This document shows, one piece after another, positions 1 to 12,999 of a DNA stretch of 64,000 nucleotides. Location: contig NC_058368.1 of the NCBI RefSeq assembly GCF_018350175.1, positions 59,522,001 to 59,586,000 of the forward strand. Direction: 5' to 3'. A model generated the notes under the pieces. The model saw only the letters and a program-made list of their open reading frames with translations. It searched no databases and had not been told where the DNA came from. The translations under genes were made by a program, and so were the position numbers. This DNA is from Felis catus (lineage: Eukaryota). Numbering within the stretch: position 1 is the first letter of the stretch; each line of letters begins with the position of its first letter.

Positions 1-1922
1 TTAGGTATTCTGTGACTCTGTGTGATTTCAAATGAAGATGTTCTATCCTTATATTTTTAGGTACCTCTCTTTCCAATTCCCTGTCATGTTTCACAGTGTA
101 CGAAAGACAAAGAGGAAACTGTATTATCTTTTGTCTTTGGAGAGATTCTTAGGTATAGTTGTGAAAGGAAATGTGCATTCTGCAAACAAAGTAAGTTTGC
201 CTATTTTATGAAAGTCAATATTTCAGATGTATATGCCAATACTCCCTGGGGCACTGTCAGCAAAGCTGTGGTTTGTCTCAGGGAACTTTTGCTCCCTACT
301 GCTACCAGTGAATCCAAAACATCTGATGCTACCTGCTGGTTATCCGATTTCTGTATTTGAGATTCTATTCTGCCGCCCCATGGAAGTATTTAAATGTTTC
401 CTTTAATGTTTTAGTCAGTCAATTTTTAAAAATATAATTTCAGCCATGTGTCTTACCTAAACTCCTAATGAGTCTGCAAAGAAAAATTTTTAATAACAAA
501 CTCATTTTTATGTTATGCCAATCTAGGGCCATTATTTCTGGAGAAATAAAGTTTATGTTTAGCCTAAGTTACATATGGATGTCCAAAAGTAATTTTTTTT
601 AATATTTACTATTGGCATAGTTCCTGAAATATGCATTTCTTTTCTAAATATGCATTATAATGCAAAATTTCAACAAAATATGTGGTTGGAAGGAAATAAA
701 AATTTCAAACAGTGAACTATTCCAGAAAAAAAAATTATTTAAAATCTCTTGATCATTATTTTTTGTCAGTAAAATTTTTCTGACAGATTAATAGTAATTA
801 TCTCTATTTATCTGTGTTTATTTAACTATTGATGTAACTACTTGTTTGGTGAGATGTCTCCTTTAAAATAAAACACCAAGTTATATGATACTTTCTTTGT
901 ACTATGTGGAGATTTTCATGTTACCTTTTCATTTAGGGTTTAGAACTCTTTCTCACCATTTTAATTCATTGTTATAAAGAATTATAAATTTTCCATTTAT
1001 GCAACGACAACACATGCAGTAAACCTCAAAATAGGTTATGCAGTTAGACACGGACCTAAACACAACAGCATGTAGTCCTATAAGGATACATATATATCAT
1101 TCTCATAATTGTATGTATACATTCATGCCAAATTTTGTACAAGAGATTAAAGAGGCAGAATCCTATTGTGCAACACATTTTTCTTCTTTTCTCCCATACT
1201 TTAGGTGTCCTAATTTTTTTTTTCTCGTTGAAGTCTGTTACTCTGTCGGGAATAAGCCCAACATCAACACAGTAATTCACATGATGTTATGACTTGCTTG
1301 GTTATTAGTACACAGGAAGCAGGTGTCCAGGACAAAGTGATTCAATATATGTCAAACACTCATCAACTTGGATAATGGTTTACTTGATTTTATAGAGATA
1401 CCCTCTCATTATCTAAGTGAAAAAAATAAGGATAATTCAGTTGATGTTTCTTATTATCAGATATGGGGGATGATTATATTCTGACTTAAGATATATCTTA
1501 GTACATTTTTTGGCTCAGAGAAAATATGAACTAATTTATTCAGCACACAAATATCTCATTTCAATGACCATCAATAAGGTGGTGGAAAATAATGTATGCA
1601 ACACTCACATGCTGGTATGAAATATTTTCACTAAAAGTCATGTTATATGCAACTAAAAGATTAACCAAATATTAATGAACACAAGATTTATTTACAAATG
1701 GGAAAGATCATATATAGAAGGAAGAGTTCTGACTTCAAAATTAAAAATAAGTTTTATGTGTGTATGCACACACACAGACACACAAAATAACCTCAAAATA
1801 TTTAAAGTTTTAAAAATTAGCCTTTTCCCCGATTTAAAAAAAGTAAAAACAATTCTACAGAAATATATCTATATTTATTAATATATAATCAGTAACAAGA
1901 CTATACTGTAATTACCACATTA

Positions 1923-1929
1923 GTGTGTG

Positions 1930-1969
<40 letters not shown>
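1923..1969. repeat. (TG)n/(TA)n compound microsatellite
   Basis: gtgtgtgt-atatatatat-(gt)n read directly. Confidence 0.95.
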
Positions 1970-1970
<1 letters not shown>

Positions 1971-2214
1971 ATCTAGGTCTAGATCTTTATATACTGAATA
2001 TAAAATGCTATGAATACTTAATGAGGTTGTATGCATTCAGTTTTCTTTGAAAACTAAAACTTTCTCTAAAAATATACTTTGATGTTACCATTTTATTTTA
2101 TGTTTTAGCTTTAACTGGTAATTTATTAATTATGTACATGTTGGGTTTAAGAAGCCTACTGCATGATTTAGAAATTCATACATACTTTTCTATTTTAATA
2201 AAAACTAACCCTCC

Positions 2215-2990
2215 CTTTTATTCAGGTGTACAAAATAGTGATTCAGCAATTCTATAAATGCAAGTGTAGCCACCATCTGTCACCATACAACACTATTACA
2301 GTACCATTTACTATATTTCCTATGCTGTGCTTTTTATTCCTGTGACTTATTCATTACATAACTAGAAGCATGTATCTCCCTTTCCCCTTCACTCAGCTCC
2401 CCACACCCATCCTGTCTAACAACTACCAGTTCTCTGTATTTATAGGTCTGATTCTGCTTTTTGTTTGTTTATTCATTTGTTTTGTTGTTTACACTCCATG
2501 TAGAGGTGTATAGTATTTGTCTTTCTCTGATTTATTTCACCTACAATAATACCCTCTAGGTCCATCCATGTTGTCACAAAAGCAAGATCTCATCCTTTTT
2601 TATGGCTCAGTAATACACCATTGTATATATACCACATCTTCTTTATCCATTCATCTATGAATGGATAGCATTTGGGTTGCTTTCATATATTGCCTCTTGT
2701 AAATAATGCTGCTGTAAGCATAGGGCTGTGTATCTCTTTTCAAATTGGTGTTTTGGTTTTCTTTGTGTAAATACCCAGGTGTGAAATTATTGGGTCATGT
2801 GGTGTTTCTATTTTCAATTTTTCGAGGAAGCTCCATAATGTTTTCCACAGTGGTTGTGCCAATTTACATTCTCACCAATAATTCAGAAGGGTTCTTTTTT
2901 CTCCACATCCTTCTCAACATTGATATTTCTTATCTTTTTGAATGTAGCCATTCTGACAGATACAAGGTGATATCTCATTGTGGTTTTGAT
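2215..2990 (-). mobile_element. Old 5'-truncated L1, 3' end (ORF2 C-terminus + 3'UTR)
   Basis: Typical L1 3' motifs (ttcaggtgtacaaaatagtgattc, ctttatccattcatct, agccattctgacag...ctcattgtggttttgat) that also occur in the other L1s of this window. Confidence 0.85.
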
Positions 2991-4294
2991 GTTATCATTT
3001 TAAATTTCTCAAACATGTAATTTGTTGGTTTTTTTTAATCATTTATTGCCTTTCTTAGACATGTATTTTCCTTGGGTAGGAACATAGTATACCCACACAG
3101 ACTATTTTAGAAAGCATGGTCTGTATCCGTGTTTTTCCCCCAAATTTCTCTAATGCTGTCTGAGAGCTATCCTGTTTATTTGTTAACATTTTTGAAAGGT
3201 ACATATTACATCAGCAATTCACAATATTATACATTTATTTGATATACATTTGCCTATCATAAATCTATTTATCATACCTAAAATTCCACATATATTTTAT
3301 TATATTTTACTTTAATATTATGCCTTCAGCTTTCTATAAAAGTCATTATATAAAATGTCTTGCAAAATATTTTAAAAATGCTTAAGTGTCTAAAAACCTA
3401 CCTCTTGACTATCCATTCTAATAGACAAATGATTTATCATTTCAACTAATTGAACATATCAGGAGTGTAAATTAATATCTTTACTGAACTTTAATAATCT
3501 TGAGGTTTTTTTATTATTATTATTTTAACCATGGTGATATTTAAAGAGGGTGAAAAGGACTATTATCTTTTGTAGGTTGGTGTTTAGTTAGCCATTAATT
3601 TATTCATAAATGTATAATGTGCACCTATTGTGTGCCAAAAACTATTCTAGATGGTGGAAATTAAGCATCCAATTAGAGAAACCACTACCTGATTAGATTG
3701 GGAGTGCTCAGAGGATATCTCCTTCATCAGAGGATAGGGAATACATTGATGGATGTGGCACCAATAGTTTTGCAAACTTCACTGGTAACTGAGGTAGCAG
3801 GATAATCTTCCTAGTACTGAACTCCATTATATCATGGGGCTGATGGCATTCTAGGATGACAGAGCAAGGTGATAGCATTCAACTCATTAGAGACATGAAG
3901 TTAATTGTGATGTACAGCAATGCTGAGTTGGAATCAGAGTGCCTTAACCCAAAGAAATCTATGGGAATGAATAAAAGCCCATTTTTGCCTAGGACAAAAT
4001 AGATATGCAATTAATTGTTCCTTAATTTGTATATTTAAAAGTGTTAAAAGTCAGGTAGAAGAAAGGCTGACCACATTGCAAAAATTAACTTCCTTATTCA
4101 GTGAATGAATTTTCTATATTTGGTGTCACAAATCACCACAGATATAGCCACCTAAAATAACACCCAGGTACTAATTATCTCATAGATCTGTAGGTCAAAA
4201 TCCAGGTGGACTCCAATAGGTTCTCTGATTGGGATCTCACAAGATAAAGTCAAGGTGTCAACCAGGTTAGATTCCTATCTCAAAGATCTGGGGA

Positions 4295-4514
4295 GGGGCG
4301 CCTGGGTGGCTCAGTCGGTTAAGCCGCCGACTTCGGCTCAGGTCACGATCTCGCGATCCCTGAGTTCGAGCCCCGCGTTGGGCTCTGTGCTGACAGCTCA
4401 GAGCCTGGAGCCTGTTTCCGATTCTGTGTCTCCCTCTCTCTCTGCCCCTCCCCTGTTCATGCTCTGTCTCTCTCTGTCTCAAAAATAAATAAACGTTAAA
4501 AAAAATTTTTTTAA
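4295..4514 (+). mobile_element. Young felid Can-SINE (tRNA-derived)
   Basis: ggggcgcctgggtggctcagtcggttaag head with A/B boxes, CT tract, aataaa tail; CpGs retained; 13-bp TSD aaagatctgggga at 4282-4294 and 4515-4527. Confidence 0.97.
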
Positions 4515-4732
4515 AAAGATCTGGGGAAAGATCCACTTCTTCCTTGTGGTTATAATTTGTGTTTCTCATTTTCTTACCTGCTATCATTCAGAGGTTGCTT
4601 TATCTTAAAGGCTTCCAAATTCCTGTTCATGTGACCCCTTCTGTCTCAAAACTAGCAACACTATATTGAGTTCTCTCACTTATATTTTCCCTTCCTTCCC
4701 CTCCTGCCATGAATCAAAGAAATCTGAACTTT

Positions 4733-6582
4733 ATTTTTTTTTCAGTTATTGAAATAGTTTTATTGAATTCATGTGATAACACATATGAGCTAGATCTATA
4801 TATCCTAATAATCAGCTTAGGATAGGAATTCCAAAATGTGAATTTTGTGCCCTTCTGGACAACTCAGATGCCTTTAGAATGAGCAATTAAGATATTGAAT
4901 AAAGAAAAGTTAGGAAGTGGTGAAGTAACAACAAATACACTTACATGGTTGACTACGTCATAAAATTGAGTTTCTCCTCTAGAGAGTAGGCAGTCTCAAC
5001 AGCAACTACTAAATGTCAAATTGAAAGATTACCCAAGGTAATTTTTACCACCAGGCAAGTTTGGCAATACTATTTTTTTTAACTTTGTAATTTAACTGTA
5101 TTTTTTAATTTTTTAAAATTTACATCCAAATTAGTTAGCATATAGTGAAGCAATGATTTCAGGAGTAGATACCTTATTGCCCCTTACCCATTTAGCTCAT
5201 CCCCCCTCCCACAACCCCTTAGGCAACCCTCAGTTTGTTCTCCATATTTATGAGTCTCTTCTGTTTTGTCCCCCTCCCTGTTTTTATATTATTTTTGTAT
5301 CCCTTCACTTATGTTCATCTGTTTTGTCCTCATATGAGTGAAATCATATGATTTTTGTCTTTCTCTAATTTCACGTAGCATAATACTCTCCAGTTCCATC
5401 CACATAGTAGCAAATAGCAATATTTCATTCTTTTTGATTAGCGAGTAATACTCCATTGTATATACATACCACATTTTCTTTATCCATTCATCTATTGATG
5501 GACATTTGGGCTCTTACTGTACTTTGGCTACTGTTGACAGTGCTGCTGTAAACATGGGGATGCATGTGTCCCTTTGAAACAGCAGACCTGTATCCCTTGG
5601 ATAAATGCCTAGTAGTGCAATTACTGGGTCATAGGGTAGTTCTATTTTTAGTTTTTTGAGAAACCTCCATACTGTTTTCCAGAGTGGCTGCACCAGCTTG
5701 CATTCCCACCAACAATGCAAAAGAGATCCTCTTTCTCCGCATCCTCGCCAACATCTGTTGTTGCCTGAGTTGTTAATGTTAGCCATTCTGACAGGTGTAA
5801 GGTGGTAACTCATTGTGGTTTTGATTTGTATTTACCTAATGATGAGTGATGTGGAGCATTTTTTCATGTGTCGGTTGGCCATCTGGATGTCTTCTTTGGA
5901 AAAGTGTCTATTCATGTTTTGCCCATTTCTTCACTGGATCATTTGTTTTTTGGGTTTTGAGTTTGATAAGTTCTTTGTAGATTTTGGATACTAACCCTTT
6001 ATCTGATATGTCATTTGCAAATATCTTCTCCCATTCCATTGGTTGCCTTTTAGTTTTTCTGATTGTTTCCTTGGCTGTGCAGAAGCTTTTTATTTTGATG
6101 AGGTCCCAGTAGTTCCTTTTTGCTTTTGTTTCCCTTGCCTCCGGAGATGTGTTGAGTAAGAAATCACTGCAAGCAAGATCAAAGAGGTTTTTGGCTGCTT
6201 TCTCCTCGAGGATTTTGATCGCTTCCTGTCTTACGTGGATGTCTTTCATCCACTTTGAGCTTATTTTGTGTATGGTGTAAGAAAGTGGTCCAGGTTCATT
6301 CTTCTGCATGTTTCTGTCTAGTTTTCCCAGCACCACTTGCTGAAGAGATTGTTTTTCTTCCATTGGATATTCTTTCCTGCTTTGTCAAAGATTAGTTGGC
6401 CATACGTTTGTGAGTCCATTTCTGGGTTCTCTATTCTGTTCCATTGGTCTGAGTGTCTGTTCTTGTGCCAGTACCATACTGTCTTGATGATTACAGCTTT
6501 GTAGTATAGCTTGAAATCTGGGATTGTGGTGCATCCTGCTTTGGTTTTCTTTTTCAATATTGCTTTGGCTATTCGGAGTCTT
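4733..6582 (-). mobile_element. 5'-truncated L1 (~5100-6582) plus ~330-360 bp 3'-transduced flank
   Basis: ORF2 C-terminal peptides (ORFs 6318..6557, 5908..6363, 5514..5813); TSD agaaatctgaacttt at 4718-4732 and 6583-6597; poly(T) 4734-4742. Confidence 0.93.
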
Positions 6583-6919
6583 AGAAATCTGAACTTTAAA
6601 GTGTACTGTGATTAGACCAAGCCAAGTAGATAATTTCCCTATCTGAATGTCATTTGATACACCACAAAATAATCATAGATGTGATGTGTTATCATATTCA
6701 CAGATTCTGAGGGTTAAAGCAGGACATCAAGAAGGAGACATTTAACAAGTTGTACCTATCATGTTCAGTTTCTAGATATGACTTCATTCCCAGATCCAAA
6801 TATCTAAAGGCAAGACTGCATATAACTGAAAAAAGACTTCACATCATAACTACAAGTATATGCAGTATTTTCCAATTCTTTACCAAATGTACCTGTAGTC
6901 ACATTACAGAGTATAGTAA

Positions 6920-7340
6920 ACTCTGTATGGTGGCCAGATATCACTCTTAGGACACAAATCCTTATTTCCCCATATGCCAAGAGAGTTGGATTCTTATAGC
7001 TCACAGCTGAGGATCTCCCTGTACATTGCTGCCAATTGTTTTTGATCAAGGGAGCTGTATTTCCCAAAGCTATGTGCTTTCTCTGAGAGTAGCTGGTCAA
7101 TGTGTTATAGGCCTGTTGCCTATATTTGAATTAACTCTGAAGGTCCATCTCCACAAATAGCTCTCTTAAGATCAACTGAGGCTTCTGTTGCAACTGCATC
7201 TTAGTTCACCATACTCCTCTTCTCAACTCCATTCCTGCTTCCCTTACTTTGTTTTGGATATATTCCTGAGAATCTGAAACACATCTTGTATGCAGATCTC
7301 TGCCTCAGAGTCTTATTCCTAGGAAGGCAATTTCAAATGA
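6920..7340 (+). mobile_element. LTR16-like ERVL LTR relic
   Basis: 3' end tgtatgcagatctctgcctcagagtcttattcctaggaa resembles the LTR16 end (from memory). Confidence 0.55.
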
Positions 7341-7816
7341 AGTAATAGTGCACTGGGAATGGATGGCATCTAGACTTATTGAAGACTGTTGGATACAGGG
7401 TCTTGGTTAACTTGAATAATAGCTGATCCAAAAGGCTGATTAATTGTAATATCACTAAATGGAGTACAAAGCTGTCTATCTGTTTCAGTGGTTCTCTGAA
7501 CCCTGGCTATGATCAATGGTGCAGAGGTGAGGCAGGTGATTTTTTTGTGGAACATCACTGACCAATGTAATAGACTTCTATTTTATTAGGTTTTAGCAGC
7601 TTTGACAGCAGTCCCATACTACTGGCTCATGTAAGTATTCTCTCCACTAAAATATTCCCTTATTGTATTTTTTTCTTATGAACGATTATTAGTCCAATCA
7701 ATAACAACAAAGTAAAAACCAGATATATTGATATTAAGAAATGTATTTCATAGTATAGATCCATGTGAACTGACATTTTCACCATAAAGATCACAGTCAA
7801 AAAAGACTTACATCGT

Positions 7817-8643
7817 GTATTAATTTCCTAATGCTGGGTAGCTTATTACTATAAATTTAACAGCTTAAAACAACACCCATTTAACAGATCATATTCCTAT
7901 AGGTCAAAAGTCCTGAAAGGCTTCACTGGGCTTTCCACATAGGGTTTCAAAAGGCCAAAATCACATGTTAGCCCAAATAGGCTCCTGTCTGGGGACTCTG
8001 GCGAAGAGACCACTTCTTTATTATTTTTTTTAAACTTACTTTTGAGACAGAGACAGAGTTTGAGTGGTAGAGGGGTGGGTAGAGAGAGAGGGAGACACAG
8101 AATCTGAAGCAGGCTCCAGGCAATGAGCTGTAAGCATAGAGCCCGATGTGGGACTTGAACTCATGAACTTTCAAAATGAAGAACTAAGCCAAAGTCAGAT
8201 ACTCAACTGACTGAGCCACCAGGCGCCCCAGGGAAGAGTCTACTTCTAAGCACATTCAAGTTGTTGACCAAATTTAGTATCTTGAAGTATAGGACTAAGG
8301 TCCTATTTCTTTGTTATTGTCAACTAGGGTTGCTCTTCATCATCTAGAAGTTAATCTGTATTCCTTGGCAAGTGGCCTCCTCAGTTTTCAAAGTCAAGTA
8401 TATCATACCCATTCCTTCATATGTTTCAAATCTGACTTGCTTTTGTGTTACCAGTCAGGAAAATTTCTGCTTTAAAAGGCTTATGTGATGACATTAGGCC
8501 CTCCTAGACACTCTTCCTTATGCATACAGTGTAGCAGAGTCACTAAGTGATATCATATTCACAATCTCTACCCAAATTTAAATGGAAACAAGTTATGCAG
8601 GGGTGAATGTTGGGGATCCTTCTTGGAAACCTGTCTAGCACAC
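7817..8643 (-). mobile_element. MLT1-family MaLR LTR containing a Can-SINE
   Basis: tgtattaatttccta...cagcttaaaacaacacccattt start; similar to the MLT1 at 4110. Confidence 0.7.
8018..8229 (-). mobile_element. Can-SINE
   Basis: Reverse-complement head ctgagccaccaggcgcccc; degenerate TSD gaagagaccacttct/gaagagtctacttct. Confidence 0.93.
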
Positions 8644-9879
8644 ATCTTATGTGTGAAAACATATGTATCTGACCATATGCCCACAAACAGAGGAGAAAGA
8701 ATAATACTCAAAGAGTTTTCTGTCAGTTTTCATATTGATAGAACAATACTACATGGTATGTCTGATTGCTCAAAATTGTGGGATGAATATAAAGTTAATG
8801 CCAACAATATCCTTCTTGAACAGAATTTTCTGAAAATACATCACAGTGAACAAATCACTAGATACAATTCATCTTATTTCTATGATGAAGGCTCCTAGAA
8901 ACCCCAAAATACCTCCCAAAAGAAGAGAGAGAGAAAGATTAAAATTACACCTTTGGCTACTTCTCTTAATATTTATTATATAAATGCTATCTAGTATAAT
9001 AAATAGTATGGACAGGGTACTTCACATTATTCTAATCTAGGAATTTAACACTCTAGTAAAAAATAAGACAAGCTATAATGTAGACCAGGTAATCTTTTCT
9101 TTGATGTGCCGTTAGTTGATGAACCATTAGTTGTTACATGTTAGTTGTAATAGATTGAAATAACATACACATACCACCCACATATACATAACATGCTTTT
9201 TATAAAACACCTGATGCTATCTGTCGTCTATTACCAGTGTGTCTTAGACTGTTTGCATTTGGTTGACCTTCTACTGGGTACCAGTTTCTTTAGAATGTCT
9301 TGGCTTCTTCTCCTTTCCATCAAACATTCTTTTGAAGTTCCTGCCTGTTGGTTCATACTTGAGTTTGAGTGATGACTAAGAATATATTTCCCAAACAGTT
9401 CATGTATGTTGTATTCTATAAATCTTCAGTTCCAGAAAACTGCAAGAATTTTCCATCCTATGAAATATAACATTGTATTAGTTACTCTCTTGCAATACTG
9501 AAAAATGATTTTGCAGTAGTATTAAGTTTGGATTTATGTTTATGTTTTAATAATTTTAAAATCTTAAATTTTTTAAAGATCATTAAATATTTTAATATTT
9601 AGTTTGACTTGGTAAAATACACATCCTTTTTATATAGCATGTTCTAAGCTAATTCCAGTAAGTTCATTCATTATTTATTCATCTACTCATCAACAAAGAT
9701 TTACTGAATTATTAATGAAGAAAAATCATCTTACTCTTTTTGAATATTTTCAACATAAGTTGATATCATATTAATTATTCTTTAGAAATTAACTACAAAT
9801 TGTAATAGTTTAGTAATAGTAGTTTTTATGTCAGGTTCTTTTAAATTCCACAGGTCAGTAACATGTACTGATAATATCT

Positions 9880-9985
9880 TTAGTCAAAAATCCTGGATTC
9901 TAGTCCCAAGTTACCTCCTATGCAGCTGATACTATGCAAGTAACCAATTTAAGAGGAAGCTTCATTATCCATTGTAACAATATAA
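9880..9985 (+). mobile_element. MIR relic
   Basis: gtcaaaaatcctggattctagtcccaag... resembles the MIR core. Confidence 0.45.
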
Positions 9986-10007
9986 AATGCTGCACAAATG
10001 TAAGCTT

Positions 10008-10047
10008 TGATGATGTTGATGATGATGATGATGATGATGATGAAGAA
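10008..10047. repeat. (GAT)n trinucleotide repeat
   Basis: Read directly; one gtt interruption. Confidence 0.95.
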
Positions 10048-10137
10048 GTGACAACACTTTCCATTCTACAGTATGCGTGATCTGGAATTGGTTGTTCCAT
10101 TATTAAGGGAGATCCTAACAAAAAAACAAACCTTCTT

Positions 10138-10233
10138 CACTGGGTGTTATGTGTAAGTGATAAACTACTAAATTCTACTCTTGAAACTAAAGTTATATTG
10201 TACATTAAAATAACTTAAATAAAAACTTGAAAC
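10138..10233 (+). mobile_element. ~100-bp L1 extreme 3' end
   Basis: cactgggtgttatgtgtaagtgataaactactaaattctactcttgaaacta...aataaaa; degenerate TSD aaaacaaa..cttct. Confidence 0.75.
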
Positions 10234-11271
10234 ATAAAACAAAAGCTTCTCCTGAGGTAATATACCTTGATAATTTCGAGTTTCAAGCCATATAGTTATT
10301 GAATACTTTCACAAATTCTGGACATCTGAGTTATTTTTATTTTATCTTATGTTGTAAGCCTATTCATGTGAGAAAAGAATTGATGGCAATAAGATTCCAG
10401 AGCAACCTGTGTATGAGGAACTGAAGAAAACCAATTGTACAACAGATGGTCAAAAGAAATCCTTCAAGGACATTTGAAGCACAATTTGAATCAATATGAT
10501 AGAGTTGTCAATATCAGTGAAGCCCAGACCCACACGCCCATGCAGCAAAGTGTGAAGGGGTGTCTCAGAACAAAGTAGTCTTAGAAGGAAGGGAGACAGA
10601 ACTATAAACAACAAATTGTGCAAGTGGCAGCCAGTCATTAAGGCTGAGACGGTTTATACATATAATCAATGTTGTGGAAACTCCAGTTTATTCATTAGAC
10701 CATTTGACTCACTAGACCATGTTTTTAGATTGGGAACAATTTGGTGCCATCACAGAAAATTTGTATTCCTTATTCACTGTTTAATAGAGGACAAATGTTA
10801 AAGTAATTGATATACACTTATCTCACTGAATTCTTCAGGTACAGAGAAAATACTGTGTTTATATTGTTTTAATGTTCAACATATGTAAAAGTTACTAAGT
10901 TATTGTATGAATCAAAAGCAATATGAAACATTTCTGCAATTTATTCAGCAGGATTTTCTGAACAACTATCATGTGCCAAACTAGGGAAATAAAAACAACA
11001 GAGATGGTACTTGCTTTATTATTTTAATAAGGATGGCAGAAAAATAAACAGGCAATTTATTTGATGTGTGATCAGTTCTGTGTGAAAGAAAGTAAAACAC
11101 TATAAAGGAAAAACACTGGAAATATCTAATCCAATCTACACAAAATCTGGGCCATTTCCCCAGAAAACTTCTCTCTCCCACCTTAGCTAGACCTCTTCCA
11201 AATTAACTTTATTCCTTTAGTTCAGTATTTCTCAAACTGTAGTAATAGCTTTCTTTAAAAAGAACAAAATT

Positions 11272-11474
11272 GGGATGCCTGGATGGCTCAGTTGGTTAAG
11301 TGTCCCACTTCAGCTCAGGTCATGATCTCACGGTTGGTTCGTGGGTTGGAGCCCTGCATTGCGCTGTCTGCTGTCAACACAGAGCTTGCTTTGGATCCTC
11401 TCTCCCCACCTCTCTCTGCCTCTCCCCTCCCCTCTTCTCTCTCTCTCTCAAAAATAAACATAAAAACAAACAAA

Positions 11475-11505
<31 letters not shown>

Positions 11506-11506
11506 A
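11272..11506 (+). mobile_element. Can-SINE with (TAAA)n tail
   Basis: SINE head, CT tract, (aaat)n tail. Confidence 0.93.
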
Positions 11507-12398
11507 TTCGTGGAAACAGTATTAAATTATTTGTATTATATCATTTAAATGTACCTAATCATAAGCCTTAGAACAAAGTTTTTGAGATTTTATTTTTTGT
11601 GCAACTTTGAAGTATATTTTATGATGAATCATAAAGGAACAATTAATTCAAATTGCTGGAAGGGATAATGCTTACCTAACAGTAAATTGATTCTTAAAAT
11701 ATGAGTATAGAATTCACTGCTACGAGGTGGGGTTTTGAGCATGGCCTGATTTACTGCTAAATGATTGATCTCACACATGCACACACACACAAAAGGTTGA
11801 TCACACAAAGTTTACTTCATAACTATTAAAAACAAAACAATTTACCAAGGATCTGCCTTAACAAAGGCAGTATATAGATAATTGAGTCAGAATGTTAGTG
11901 TATATGCAAGTATAAAGAAACATTTGAATAAGTTCCTATCTTACATGAGATACAAGTAATACAAAAAGTGACTGAAACACACAAAAGAAAAATAGAAATA
12001 CTTAGAACTTCAAAATAAGTCTGTCCTGTTTGGTTTCTCAAAAATATAAATGAAGGATCTATGTCCATTAAGCAGTGATCAGTGGAATTTGAAAATTTAA
12101 TTGTTGAAATTGAAAATAGAAATGGAAGATCAGAAAATAAAGGTAATTCAAGACTCAACAAAATAAAAAGCTAATTGCTATGGTAGAATGTTGAGCTACA
12201 TGATTATAAGCGAACACTGAAGACAGATGTGGCACTGGGTATACACTTATATGTGCTCACACCTACAGGTACACACAGGAGTGTGAAAGTTCTCAAGTAA
12301 AACGCCCAAATTCTGAACATATCTAGGGATGGGGGTAGGATAGGACAATGTCCAGCCTTGTCTGCAGTATTTTTATTATTAAAGAAAATGCATTCTTT

Positions 12399-12594
12399 GG
12401 GGCACCTGAGTGGCTTACTCGGTTAAGTGTCTGACTCTTGGTTTCAGCTTAGGTCATGATTTCACGGTTTGTGAGATAGAGCCCCATGTCAGGCTCTGCT
12501 CTGACAGCATGGAGCCTGCTTGGGATTCTCTCTCCCTCTCTGCCCCTTCTCTGCTATCTCTTTCTTTCTCTCAGAATGTATGAATAAACTTAAA
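12399..12594 (+). mobile_element. Can-SINE
   Basis: SINE head; degenerate TSD aaaatgcattcttt/aaaatgtattcctt. Confidence 0.92.
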
Positions 12595-12774
12595 AAAATG
12601 TATTCCTTATGTAACTTACATATTTTAAAGTCAATTTTAAAGGACATTAAGTAATGGACTTGTTTGGAAATAAAGAGATGAAACATAATATAAAAATACT
12701 ACTTGGCATATATCCTATGAACCAGTCCACTTAAATAACCACAGTTGGAAGTCAAATTTAAAAATAAACATTGA

Positions 12775-12940
12775 GGAGTGCCTGGGTGGCTCAGTTGATT
12801 GAGTGTCTGACTCTTGATTTTGGCTCAGGTTGTGATCCCAGGGTCGTGGGATCTAGCTCTGAATCAGGTTCTGCACTGGGTGTGGAGGCTGCTTAAGATT
12901 CTCTCTCTCTCCCCACCTCTGCTCCTCTACCCCGCTTGTG

Positions 12941-12984
<44 letters not shown>

Positions 12985-12999
12985 CTCTAAAATACAAAG
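12775..12999 (+). mobile_element. Can-SINE with expanded (CT)n
   Basis: SINE head, long CT tract, A-rich tail. Confidence 0.92.

Larger units (their letters stand above)
4110..6740 (-). mobile_element. MLT1-family MaLR LTR split by a SINE (4295-4514) and an L1 (4733-6582)
   Basis: MLT1-like motifs (acaaatcaccaca, tctgtaggtcaaaatcc, atgtgacccct, tgtgattagacc, atcatattcacag) continue across both insertions. Confidence 0.7.
3690..7500 (+). mobile_element. Degenerate ERVL/MaLR-type internal region (gag-pro relic), interrupted by an MLT1 LTR, SINE, L1 and LTR16-like LTR
   Basis: Retroviral protease motif LLDTGS encoded at 7386-7403 (ctg ttg gat aca ggg tct); 3720-4010 resembles ERVL gag-like consensus (from memory). 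Confidence 0.65.

Noticed and set aside
4295..4380. tRNA gene calls from A/B boxes
   Set aside because: These are tRNA-derived SINE heads followed by a CT tract, tail and TSD.
4255..4587. Recurrent short ORFs of the type GAWVAQSVK.PTSAQV
   Set aside because: Translations of Can-SINEs, not a gene family.
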